From the NCBI GenBank assembly GCA_950097015.1, contig CATNEN010000008.1, positions 2,666,001-2,730,000 on the forward strand: 64,000 nt of DNA, read 5' to 3'. The position numbers and the translations under genes were made by a program. Source of the stretch: Macrostomum hystrix. Taxonomy: Eukaryota > Animalia > Platyhelminthes. Under the pieces are notes generated by a model that had not been told where the DNA came from, ran no database searches, and saw nothing but the letters and a program-made list of their open reading frames with translations. Positions 10,601 to 22,357 of the stretch are shown one piece after another (the stretch's first letter is position 1; each line of letters opens with the position of its first letter).

Positions 10601-13515
10601 TGGACTCTTGTAAACTGTGATCTTGATGGATTCTTGGAGACAGTGATCTTGATGGATTCTTGGAGACAGTGATCTTGATGGATTCTTGGAGACAGTGATC
10701 TTGATGGATTCTTGGAAACTGTGATCTTGATGGACTCTTGTAAACTGTGATCTTGATGGATTCTTGGAGACAGTGATCTTGATGGATTCTTGGAAACTGT
10801 GATCTTGATGGATTCTTGTAAACTGTGATCTTGATGGATTCTTGGAGAAAGTGATCTTGATGGATTCTTGGAAACTGTGATCTTGATGGATTCTTGGAAA
10901 CTGTGATCTTGATGGATTCTTGGAAACTGTGATCTTGATGGATTCTTGTAAACTGTGATCTTCATGGATTCTTGGAAACTGTGATCTTGATGGATTCTTG
11001 GAAACTGTGATCTTGATGGATTCTTGGAGACAGTGATCTTGATGGATTCTTGGAAACTGTGATCTTGATGGATTCTTGTAAACTGTGATCTTGATGGATT
11101 CTTGGAGAAAGTGATCTTGATGGATTCTTGGAAACTGTGATCTTGATGGACTCTTGTAAACTGTGATCTTGATGGATTCTTGGAAACTGTGATCTTGATG
11201 GATTCTTGGAAACTGTGATCTTGATGGATTCTTGTAAACTGTGATCTTCATGGATTCTTGGAAACTGTGATCTTGATGGATTCTTGGAAACTGTGATCTT
11301 GATGGATTCTTGGAGACAGTGATCTTGATGGATTCTTGGAAACTGTGATCTTGATGGATTCTTGTAAACTGTGATCTTGATGGATTCTTGGAGAAAGTGA
11401 TCTTGATGGATTCTTGGAAACTGTGATCTTGATGGACTCTTGTAAACTGTGATCTTGATGGATTCTTGGAAACTGTGATCTTGATGGATTCTTGGAGACA
11501 GTGATCTTGATGGATTCTTGGAAACTGTGATCTTGATGGATTCTTGGAGAAAGTGATCTTGATGGATTCTTGGAAACTGTGATCTTGATGGATTCTTGGA
11601 GACAGTGATCTTGATGGATTCTTGGAGACAGTGTGGAAGCTAAACTACGATCCTGAATGATCCCTCAGTACAAGCTGGCTCGTATTTTCTCATTTCGGCT
11701 GGCAACAAGCGTGTCCTTAAGCAAGCACAAGCCTATAGAAGAGACAGTGGATAGTATTGATATAAAGGAGAAGCCACTTGTAGGAGCTGTGGTCTCAACT
11801 TGACCCCGAGTCAGAAATCAATCTATCGATGAGGCAGCCCCTCACGGAGCGTAGATAAGCAGTATCTGCACTCCGCAGATTTTTCCCTCTCCCAATGCGA
11901 TGGGAGAAAATGCGAGTATGTGATGACAGCTGAGAGGATGCCTGAGAAGCCATCGGTGTCAAATGTGAGATCGGCTCTTAAATCTTCGCTGAGCTGTGTA
12001 GTTGCCAGGGACGATGAAATCAACTCCATTTCAACCTATGCTGCCCCGATTTCTAAGTCGATGAGCAGATTGCCGATGGCCTTCAATCATGAAGTCTAAT
12101 CCCAACTTGAAACTTGAAAAAAATTCAACCAATTGTTCAGTGCAAATTACGTGAACTCACGTGAACAGCTGCAGCATGAGGCTGTCGTAGCCTCGCACAG
12201 AGTCGCAGTCTGGCAGTCTGGCGGCGTCAAACACCAGCAGGGTGATGGCGGGACCTGATGCGTCGTTAAGCACGCCGGCGTGGCTGAGGCAGCGCAGGTA
12301 GGGCCCCAGCAGGGCCAGGTCGACGGTGACTGTCCGGTCCGATTTCGGCTTGGCCTCCGACAGACGGAATTCGCTGCGATGCCTCGTGAGCTGCTCCACA
12401 GCCGTGCTCAGTTGAGATTCTGGGGTGGAAGTTTTCGGTGATAGGGTGTGTATTGGAGTAAGATGTGTTTTGGAGTGACGTGGGTGTGCTAATTTGAGGT
12501 GGGTGTTTTGGACTGAGGTGGGTGTTTTGGAGTGGGATGGGTGCGTTTGGAGTGAGGTGGGTGTTTTAGAGTGAGGTGGGTGTTTTGGAGTGAGGTGGGT
12601 GTTTTGGATTGAGGTGGGTGTGTTAGGAGTGAGGTGGGTGTGTTAGGAGTGAGGTGGGTGTGTTAGGAGTGAGGTGGGTGTTTTAGAGTGAGGTAGGTTT
12701 CCGTTAGTGGGGTGGGTATGTTATGTTAGATGAGTGTGTTGGAGTGAGGTGGTGTTTTGGAGTGGGATGGGTGCGTTGGGAGTGAGGTGGGTGTCCTGAA
12801 TTGAGTCCTGAATTAAGTTGAACGCGAAGGAAAATCGTATTTTTGACTCTGTCTCACCATTCAGCTTTGAATTGACCATGCGAGACGCAATCTCGGTCAG
12901 GAAAACGAGGTGCTGATCGTTGGTATCTGGCTGATTTGACGGCCGCGGTGGTGGCAGTGGCGGCGGCTGCTGCTGCTGAGGCAGTTGCGGCCCACCTATC
13001 GCGCTACTCTTGCACTTTGTCGGTCCATTCATCGAGTGCACATCTGCATTTTAGAATCGGAGTTATTTGCAATGTCTTTTGGACAGGCAAAAACTGCCGA
13101 CAGCACCTAAGCACCCATTTACCCAACCCTTTCGTGAACACACGGCCCCGGCCGTCGCCGTCGCCATACCTGGCACCAGTTCCTCTGCCAGCAGGTCGAT
13201 AGCGGCCTCGAGCACGCCAGCCACCAGCCGTTCAGCCTCGGTGTGTAGAAAGTCCACCTGATCGCCACCGCCGCGAGGTCGCGCCGATCGAGCGCTTGAA
13301 GCGGCGGCCGCTGCTCGCAGCTGCTGACGCAGCACCTCCTTCACTGAGGCGCGCAGAACCTCGCAGACTAGTCGTCTGGCCGCGGCGGACTCTGAATCGT
13401 CCGGAGAAGCTGGTCCAGTTGGCGAGGCGGCTGGAGTCGAGCCGGATCGCCCCGCCAAGCGGGTCACCATCGAGTCGATGTTGTGCAGCACCGAGTTGCT
13501 GGTGTTGTTACCCAT
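7694..13515 (-). CDS. BCH (BNIP-2/Cdc42GAP homology, CRAL-TRIO-like) domain protein of the BNIP2/caytaxin/PRUNE2 family, about 381 aa, 5 exons
   Basis: Exons 13515-13170, 13043-12858, 12419-12161, 8607-8395 and 7835-7694; GT-AG, phases compatible, 1146 nt. VDLALLGPYLRCLSHAG..ITLLVFDAARLPD..YDSLMLQLF, YSLVYLHSPATRGQFPKVAWLKQ, VYVLHSTF..LSRAFTSRSFRDRVTCVSSLQQL align to the caytaxin BCH core ([70 protein letters not shown]). The start codon is less certain. Confidence 0.85.
7964..8238. mobile_element. Non-autonomous hAT-superfamily MITE, 275 bp
   Basis: TIRs CAGGGGTCGGCAAACT and AGTTTGCCTACCCCTG match 15/16. There is a perfect 8-bp TSD CTTTACTA at 7956-7963 and 8239-8246, plus subterminal GGCCCGC motifs. 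It lies in the last intron of the BCH gene. Confidence 0.92.
8679..9259. repeat. Intronic minisatellite, 30-bp unit GCTAGGGTTTAGTCTATGGCTGCGGATACA, about 19 copies
   Basis: Directly visible and nearly homogeneous. Confidence 0.97.
10055..11633. repeat. Intronic minisatellite, 26-bp unit GTGATCTTGATGGATTCTTGGA(G/A)AC(A/T), about 60 copies
   Basis: Directly visible; produces the two long SKNPSRS ORFs. Confidence 0.97.
12463..12793. repeat. G/T-rich minisatellite of about 20 bp, core GGAGTGAGGTGGGTGTTTT
   Basis: Directly visible; in intron 2 of the BCH gene. Confidence 0.93.
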
Positions 13516-13693
13516 GGCTGCTGCGGGCGATTGGGAATTGCACTTTTAAACAAGGCAGACAAACGAACTAACGAGTGCGGTCACGGATCAATAATCATAC
13601 GAGGTGAACTTCTCTTTGTATCAACATTTGTGACTCAGTTCTATAGATGGATGACTTGAGTGCAGGAGCGTTGCGTTTTTGCGTTTTTCAACA

Positions 13694-13734
13694 TGGTGGC
13701 CGCGGTGGGATACGAACCCACGCCCCTTTCCGAA
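13694..13734 (-). pseudogene. 3' fragment of a class-II (probably Leu) tRNA including CCA; may be the extended primer-binding site of a decayed LTR element
   Basis: The minus strand reads TTCGGAAAGGGGCGTGGGTTCGTATCCCACCGCGGCCACCA: T-stem GTGGG/CCCAC, acceptor 3' strand, discriminator A and CCA. No matching 5' half (GGCCGCG, D-arm, anticodon arm) is present. Confidence 0.7.
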
Positions 13735-14268
13735 TGTAGCACTGAGCTTATGTAGCACCCTCCTATGGATATATTTGAGACGAAGAAATCAGACACTTTC
13801 TAATTGGACTGCGGAGAGTGAATATGCAAAACAGACGCACACACAAATATATCACGATAGCCAAGACAATTCCCGCCGAATAAATACGAGAATTGAGTGA
13901 GACGTGCAGTTGTGATAAAAAGCACAGCAGAGTAGGGCACCGGCTAGGAAAGGGGATTTTAATATCTGAGCAGCATGGTTGAGGCCAGACTGTTAATCCT
14001 ATCTTTCTGCCTATATCTAAATCAATCATCTCAAATTCTTCCCATACTCCGATGTGTACTTTTAGGCATAGATCTTGGCCACAAAATCATCTGCGTTAGC
14101 AGATTAATATCCTTGTACGCTAGACTAGCTTTGTAGTTAATCAGGAGGCGCATATGAAGTTTTTGGAAATTTGAAATTCTCTCCTAAAGGCAGAAGACTG
14201 ATAAATGATTAGTCGGCTAAGAAAAGCTGAGGGAGAATTGGACTCCTAAAAGAATTGGGTTGTATGTT

Positions 14269-17200
14269 GGAGTGAGTGAGGTGGGCTTGTTTATTGAGGT
14301 TAGTGTATGGGAGTGAGGTGGGCTTGTTTATTGAGGTTAGTGTATGGGAGTGAGGTGGGCTTGTTTATTGAGGTTAGTGTATGGGAGTGAGGTGGGCTTG
14401 TTTATTGAGGTTAGTGTATGGGAGTGAGGTGGGCTTGTTTATTGAGGTTAGTGTATGGGAGTGAGGTGGGCTTGTTTGTTGAGGTTAGTGTATGGGAGTG
14501 AGGTGGGCTTGTTTGTTGAGGTTAGTGTATGGGAGTGAGGTGGGCTTCTTTGTTGAGGTTAGTGTATGGGAGTGAGGTGGGCTTGTTTGTTGAGGTTAGT
14601 GTATGGGAGTGAGGTCGGCTTCTTTGTTGAGGTTAGTGTATGGGAGTGAGGTGGGCTTCTTTGTTGAGGTTAGTGTATGGGAGTGAGGTGGGCTTCTTTG
14701 TTGAAGTTAGTGTATGGGAGTGAGGTGGGCTTGTTTGTTGAAGTTAGTGTATGGGAGTGAGGTGGGCTTGTTTATTGAGGTTAGTGTATGGGAGTGAGGT
14801 GGGCTTGTTTGTTGAAGTTAGTGTATGGGAGTGAGGTGGGCTTGTTTGTTAAGGTTAGTGTATGGGAGTGAGGTGGGCTTCTTTGTTGAAGTTAGTGTAT
14901 GGGAGTGAGGTGGGCTTGTTTGTTGAAGTTAGTGTATGGGAGTGAGGTGGGCTTCTTTGTTGAGGTTAGTGTATGGGAGTGAGGTGGGCTTCTTTGTTGA
15001 GGTTAGTGTATTGGAGTGAGGTGGGCTTGTTTGTTGAAGTTAGTGTATGGGAGTGAGGTGGGCTTGTTTGTTGAGGTTAGTGTATGGGAGTGAGGTGGGC
15101 TTCTTTGTTGAGGTTAGTGTATGGGAGTGAGGTGGGCTTCTTTGTTGAAGTTAGTGTATGGGAGTGAGGTGGGCTTGTTTGTTGAGGTTAGTGTATGGGA
15201 GTGAGGTGGGCTTCTTTGTTGAGGTTAGTGTATGGGAGTGAGGTGGGCTTGTTTGTTGATGTTAGTGTATGGGAGTGAGGTGGGCTTGTTTGTTGAAGTT
15301 AGTGTATGGGAGTGAGGTGGGCTTGTTTGTTGATGTTAGTGTATGGGAGTGAGGTGGGCTTCTTTGTTGAGGTTAGTGTATGGGAGTGAGGTGGGCTTGT
15401 TTGTTGATGTTAGTGTATGGGAGTGAGGTGGGCTTCTTTGTTGAGGTTAGTGTATGGGAGTGAGGTGGGCTTGTTTGGAGAGGTTAGTGTATTGGAGTGA
15501 GGTGGGCTTCTTTGTTGAAGTTAGTGTATGGGAGTGAGGTGGGCTTGTTTGTTGAGGTTAGTGTATGGGAGTGAGGTGGGCTTGTTTATTGAGGTTAGTG
15601 TATGGGAGTGAGGTGGGCTTCTTTGTTGAAGTTAGTGTATGGGAGTGAGGTGGGCTTGTTTGTTGATGTTAGTGTATGGGAGTGAGGTGGGCTTGTTTGG
15701 AGAGGTTAGTGTATTGGAGTGAGGTGGGCTTCTTTGTTGAAGTTAGTGTATGGGAGTGAGGTGGGCTTGTTTGTTGAGGTTAGTGTATGGGAGTGAGGTG
15801 GGCTTCTTTGTTGAGGTTAGTGTATGGGAGTGAGGTGGGCTTCTTTGTTGAGGTTAGTGTATGGGAGTGAGGTGGGCTTGTTTGTTGAAGTTAGTGTATG
15901 GGAGTGAGGTGGGCTTCTTTGTTGAGGTTAGTGTATGGGAGTGAGGTGGGCTTCTTTGTTGAGGTTAGTGTATGGGAGTGAGGTGGGCTTGTTTGGAGAG
16001 GTTAGTGTATGGGAGTGAGGTGGGCTTGTTTGTTGAAGTTAGTGTATGGGAGTGAGGTGGGCTTGTTTGTTGAGGTTAGTGTATGGGAGTGAGGTGGGCT
16101 TCTTTGTTGAAGTTAGTGTATGGGAGTGAGGTGGGCTTCTTTGTTGAGGTTAGTGTATGGGAGTGGGGTGGGCTTGTTTGTTGATGTTAGTGTATGGGAG
16201 TGAGGTGGGCTTCTTTGTTGAAGTTAGTGTATTGGAGTGAGGTGGGCTTCTTTGTTGAAGTTAGTGTATGGGAGTGAGGTGGGCTTCTTTGTTGAAGTTA
16301 GTGTATGGGAGTGAGGTGGGCTTGTTTGTTGAAGTTAGTGTATGGGAGTGAGGTGGGCTTCTTTGTTGAGGTTAGTGTATGGGAGTGAGGTGGGCTTGTT
16401 TGTTGAAGTTAGTGTATGGGAGTGAGGTGGCCTTCTTTGTTGAGGTTAGTGTATGGGAGTGAGGTGGGCTTCTTTGTTGAGGTTAGTGTATGGGAGTGAG
16501 GTGGGCTTCTTTGTTGAGGTTAGTGTATGGGAGTGAGGTGGGCTTGTTTGTTGAGGTTAGTGTATGGGAGTGAGGTGGGCTTCTTTGTTGAGGTTAGTGT
16601 ATGGGAGTGAGGTGGGCTTCTTTGTTGAAGTTAGTGTATGGGAGTGAGGTGGGCTTGTTTGTTGAAGTTAGTGTATGGGAGTGAGGTGGGCTTGTTTATT
16701 GAGGTTAGTGTATGGGAGTGAGGTGGGCTTGTTTGTTGATGTTAGTGTATGGGAGTGAGGTGGGCTTCTTTGTTGAAGTTAGTGTATGGGAGTGAGGTGG
16801 GCTTGTTTGTTGATGTTAGTGTATGGGAGTGAGGTGGGCTTCTTTGTTGAGGTTAGTGTATGGGAGTGAGGTGGGCTTCTTTGTTGATGTTAGTGTATGG
16901 GAGTGAGGTGGGCTTCTTTGTTGAGGTTAGTGTATGGGAGTGAGGTGGGCTTGTTTGGAGAGGTTAGTGTATTGGAGTGAGGTGGGCTTCTTTGTTGAAG
17001 TTAGTGTATGGGAGTGAGGTGGGCTTCTTTGTTGAGGTTAGTGTATGGGAGTGAGGTGGGCTTGTTTATTGAGGTTAGTGTATGGGAGTGAGGTGGGCTT
17101 CTTTGTTGAAGTTAGTGTATGGGAGTGAGGTGGGCTTGTTTGTTGATGTTAGTGTATGGGAGTGAGGTGGCCTTCTTTGTTGAGGTTAGTGTATTGGAGT

Positions 17201-17775
17201 GAGGTGGGCTTCTTTGTTGAAGTTAGTGTATGGGAGTGAGGTGGGCTTGTTTGTTGAGGTTAGTGTATGGGAGTGAGGTGGGCTTCTTTGTTGAGGTTAG
17301 TGTATGGGAGTGAGGTGGGCTTCTTTGTTGAGGTTAGTGTATGGGAGTGAGGTGGGCTTCTTTGTTGAGGTTAGTGTAAGGGAGTGAGGTGGGCTTCTTT
17401 GTTGAGGTTAGTGTATGGGAGTGAGGTGGGCTTCTTTGTTGAGGTTAGTGTATGGGAGTGAGGTGGGCTTGTTTGTTGAAGTTAGTGTATGGGAGTGAGG
17501 TGGGCTTCTTTGTTGAGGTTAGTGTATGGGAGTGAGGTGGGCTTCTTTGTTGCGGTTAGTGTATGGGAGTGAGGTGGGCTTGTTTGGAGAGGTTAGTGTA
17601 TTGGAGTGAGCTGGGCTTGTTTGGAGAGGTGGGGTGGGTGTGTCGGGTTGATTTGAGTTTGTTAGGAGTGAGGCGGGTGCGTTTGGTGTAGGGTGTGTGT
17701 TGTGGAGTGGGGTGGGTGTGGTGTAGTGAGGTGGGTGTGCTTGGAGTGGGATGGGTGTATTGGGAGTGAGGTTTG
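14269..17775. repeat. Large G/T-rich minisatellite, 37-bp unit GGGAGTGAGGTGGGCTTGTTTGTTGAGGTTAGTGTAT, about 90 copies plus a degenerate 20-mer tail
   Basis: Period of 37 measured at 14281/14318; variant positions are visible. Confidence 0.98.
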
Positions 17776-18544
17776 TTTCGGTCCGTAACCCCATAACCCC
17801 AAAGTCCGTATTCCAAACCCATATTTCAGTTCGATTCGAATCATAAAAACTTTAAAAAATTCGAAACAAAAACTACAATAAATGATTTAAAAATAAATTA
17901 CCAAGTATAAATAAAACTAGCCCAACAGAAAACAGGCAATTACTCGTATTTGTTGACTAACTTTATTTGTACTTTTCTAGCGAGAGGAAAACTGCTTTTA
18001 TTTGCGGGGCTGGGCGGAGATGCGGACACAGAAACACTGGAGGGGATTACAGTTGGGAAGGAAAACTGTAAAGTGAGGGAGATTAAGGCTAATCCGCAGC
18101 AAACATGTCAAATCCCGCCAAATTGTGAGGCTAATTATGCGGGAACAAATTCTGGCCAGTGGTTTCTAGGGTGTTGATTGGACTACAATAAGTTCAGTTG
18201 CTCATCACAGCTCCATCACTCGTACTTTCTTCTCCGAGAACATTTCCAGTTTTTTCTTCTGACTTTCATTCCCTTATACTCAAGCAAATCCATCCAGCCC
18301 TTCAAAAACATTTCTAAATGCAGCAGTCAGAATAGGAAATCATTTCACTGCTTCCCATTCTGCCAACTGAACAAGAGCATCGATCGCTTTAATGAATTAG
18401 AAATTTGCTTTCATTCGCCGAAATGGCCTGGCGGGGAAGCATGACTGAACCAGTCCACAGACGGGCATGCGAGCTGAGCGTTCTGAGATTATTACATCTC
18501 AGAGCGGGATGGACACTGAATGCGCCACTTTGGTCTGGGGTGAA

Positions 18545-19880
18545 AATGGATTGCTAGTCTATCCCTCGGGAAAATAGACAGAATGGATTGCTAGTCTATC
18601 CCACGGGTAAATAGACAGAATGGATTAATTGTTATCTATCCCATGGGTAAATAGACAGAATGGATTGCTAGTCTATCCCACGGGTAAATAGACAGAATGG
18701 ATAGCTAGTCTATCCCACGGTTAAATAGACAGAATGGATTGCTAGTCTATCCCACGGGTAAATAGACAGAATGGATTGCTAGTCTATCCCACGGGTAAAT
18801 AGACAGAATGGATTAATTGCTAGTCTATCCCACAGGTAAATAGACAGAATGGATAGCTAGTCTATCCCACGGGTAAATAGACAGAATGGATTGCTAGTCT
18901 ATCCCACGGGAAAATAGACAGAATGGATTAATTGTTATCTATCCCACGGGTAAATAGACAGAATGTATTAATTGCTAGTCTATCCCACGGGTAAATAGAC
19001 AGAATGGATAGCTAGTCTATCCCACGGTTAAATAGACAGAATGGATTGCTAGTCTATCCCACGGGTAAATAGACAGAATGGATTGCTAGTCTATCCCACG
19101 GGTAAATAGACAGAATGGATAGCTAGTCTATCCCACGGGTAAATAGACAGAATGGATAGCTAGTCTATCCCACGGGTAAATAGACAGAATGGATTGCTAG
19201 TCTATCCCACGGGTAAATAGACAGAATGGATTGCTAGTCTATCCCACGGGTAAATAGACAGAATGGATAGCTAGTCTATCCCACGGGTAAATAGACAGAA
19301 TGGATAGCTAGTCTATCCCACGGGTAAATAGACAGAATGGATTGCTAGTCTATCCCACGGGTAAATAGACAGAATGGATTGCTAGTCTATCCCACGGGAA
19401 AATAGACAGAATGGATAGCTAGTCTATCCCACGGGTAAATAGACAGAATGGATAGCTAGTCTATCCCACGGGTAAATAGACAGAATGGATAGCTAGTCTA
19501 TCCCACGGGTAAATAGACAGAATGGATTGCTAGTCTATCCCACGGGTAAATAGACAGAATGGATAGCTAGTCTATCCCACGGGTAAATAGACAGAATGGA
19601 TTGCTAGTCTATCCCACGGGTAAATAGACAGAATGGATTGCTAGTCTATCCCACGGGTAAATAGACAGAATGGATTAATTGCTAGTCTATCCCACAGGTA
19701 AATAGACAGAATGGATTGCTAGTCTATCCCACGGGTAAATAGACAGAATGGATTGCTAGTCTATCCCACGGGTAAATAGACAGAATGTATTAATTGCTAG
19801 TCTATCCCACGGGTAAATAGACAGAATGGATAGCTAGTCTATCCCACGGGTAAATAGACAGAATGGATAGCTAGTCTATC
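18545..19880. repeat. Minisatellite, 37-bp unit AATAGACAGAATGGATTGCTAGTCTATCCCACGGGTA, about 36 copies
   Basis: Directly visible; some units carry a 4-bp insertion (ATTAATTG). Confidence 0.97.
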
Positions 19881-22357
19881 ATTGGTGACGGTATAAAACA
19901 TAGAGCATTTAGTGGACTTCATAATCAAGCAACATGTTAGCTTTGAGCAGCACAGTCTACTCACGAAAAGCAGTTTATTACAGGCTTCGCAAGCAAAGTT
20001 CTGATAGGCAAATTGCCACAAACTTTCTCGGTCCTAGCCTTATCCTGAGCTGATAGCTTTGACTGCATTATTTAATTGGCCAACTGGGAAATCTAAACAA
20101 ACAGAGGCTGCAAAAATCCCAATAAGCTAGGATTTTTCCTACACTAGTACGCATCCAATGAAGTGAGATTTCGGATACAATTCGGATTAGGCTAATCGGT
20201 AAATAATACCAGGCTTACCTTGTTTCCTAATTTAATCAATAAATGTCACGAATAAACTTTAAAAAATAAAATCCTAATTTTTAAGCTGTCGGCTTTCTAG
20301 GAAATTGCTGGAAAATCCAGGAGAGATTGAGTGAGTAGGGATTGAGTATGCAGAAGGTAGCTGTGAAGAATGGAACAGCAGATGCGGATGGCAAATGCGG
20401 CCCTGATAAACACGAGAGGGAGAGGAGAGAAGGGGAGAGTGGGTGGAGAGATCGGGGTCGGGGTTGGGTTGGTCGACGGGAGGCGGTCTTAAGAGAGGAT
20501 AATTTAAGCTCTGCTGGCGAAGCAGCCCTGGCAAGAGAGCTACAGGGAAGAAAAATTGTCCGTGGCGGAGGCTGAAGCTGGGGTGGTTACGCGTGAGTCG
20601 GGTGGGATGCAGGAGGGAAGGGGGACACACGGCCAGCGGAGTGCAATCAGATTTGGGGGAGGCAAGGAGGATACGGGGAGGTTTCCGCCCCACCCAGTTC
20701 GCACTCACTCTGAGCTGGGTAGGCGGGTGGTGAGGCGGGGCTAAGAGCTGCAGATGACGGGGCGTGAATAGGGATCTGGGAGGAGGGTAACAGAGGGTCA
20801 CAGAAATGAATTCTGGAAGGCGGAGAGAACAGAGAGGGTCTGTGCAGCCAAGAGGGCTCTGATTTTCTTGGACACCTGGGTACGGGCCAGCCATGAATTC
20901 CGATAGTGATAGAAGCTTTTAAACGCCGATAGGGTTGAGAAATAATTGAGAAATTAGAAGAGCTACGAAGTAGAAGTGCTGCATAGGCATCTAAATTATG
21001 GCAAAGGCGAGTAAAGACGCGAATAGGAGCTAAAATTACAGGGGAGAAATCATTTTCGAGACGGGAAAATGGGAGGTTCCTCGAATTCCGCAGAAGCAGC
21101 AGTTACACTGCTCAGATAATTGGCCGGTTGCTTTGAAAAGGAAGAGGCAGGCAGAATGGATAAAGGATAGAGGGAAGGACTGAAGGTTTAAAGTTGTGGC
21201 CCTACGCGTACTCTCGTACTGCCTACATGTGAAAAGGGGGAAAATAAGTACGTAAAGTAGAATTTTATTTCAACTTACATCCTTAGACAGAAGGCGAGAA
21301 AGAATATTAAATTTAAAAAATTAATTTGGTCTTTCAAAATAGCGAAGGGGGTAGTTAGTTTTATATAGCAACTCTGATTTCCTTCAGAACCAAAACGGAA
21401 ATTGCTGCCTACAGTATATGAAAAAAATATTCTCGTAGCTCAAAGTTCTTTATCAAGCGGTGAGCAGTCCATATGATATGCCTCTCAGTTTTGTAGCTTG
21501 AGATAGAACGCACACGTTTATGTAGGTTGAACCCTTCACAGGAGTTACACTGCTTTGTTGGGTCAAGGTGAGACTATACTCATTGGCCAGATAAGCTTTC
21601 CAAAGCTGAGTGGACCAGAAAAAGCCCCGCGTGGCTAAAAGTAAGCCCCTTGTTTGACAGTCATTCATTCGGTCTCATTTATCACGCACATATATACTCG
21701 TAGAAATTCTGCAAAAGATACTGTCAGATAAAATGCAGCACGAACAGCACTGCATGCTGACACAGTATTTGCTGCGTACTCACTCAATGCAACTCTGGAT
21801 AAAGTTGACAATCCACTCAAAGATGCCGGCTCGTGCTGCACAGAAACAAAATACGGCAATATGCACGCACTTTTGCTCATTTTACTTTATTATATTATAT
21901 TTGCACAACTCAGTTTCCGATGGCTGTTTAGTCAGCTCGCACAAATTTACCGCACACAATGTGGTTAAACATTTCGATTAAGATTTTGTTTATACTTGCT
22001 TTGGAGTATTTTGACACATACAATTTTTTTGTATAATAGACTAGAAAGGTTTGCCCCATTCGCGGAGCGCGGACGATACTTTTTAATTCCTGCTTGGTTC
22101 TTAAGTTTGCGATACATATTTTACACGAGGACCACTACGACTTAAGTATATAAGTATATTAAGTTAAGTAGTCCCTAATTTTACAGTTAAAACTTGGCAC
22201 CAATTGCAAGGAGAATAATAAGACCACACAGCTGTGGCTGAAAGCGAATAACCCCTTTGTTAACAACTCTACCCACTACTACCCCCAAAATTGGCTGATT
22301 CTCTCAAAGCTGCTTAACTATTGCCAAGTAAGAAAGTTTTGGAAAACTCTCACCCAA

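Noticed and set aside
8677-11251. Long ORFs (NPSCIRSHRL)n and (SKNPSRSQFPRIHQDH)n as genes
   Set aside because: They coincide with minisatellites inside an intron of the BCH gene and have no unique domains.
13694-13790. Functional tRNA-Leu gene
   Set aside because: There is no 5' acceptor strand, D-arm/A-box or anticodon arm, and the CCA is encoded.
18545-19880. CRISPR array interpretation of this and other 30-37-bp arrays
   Set aside because: Units are head-to-tail with no unique spacers, there are no cas genes, and the context is a spliced eukaryotic genome.
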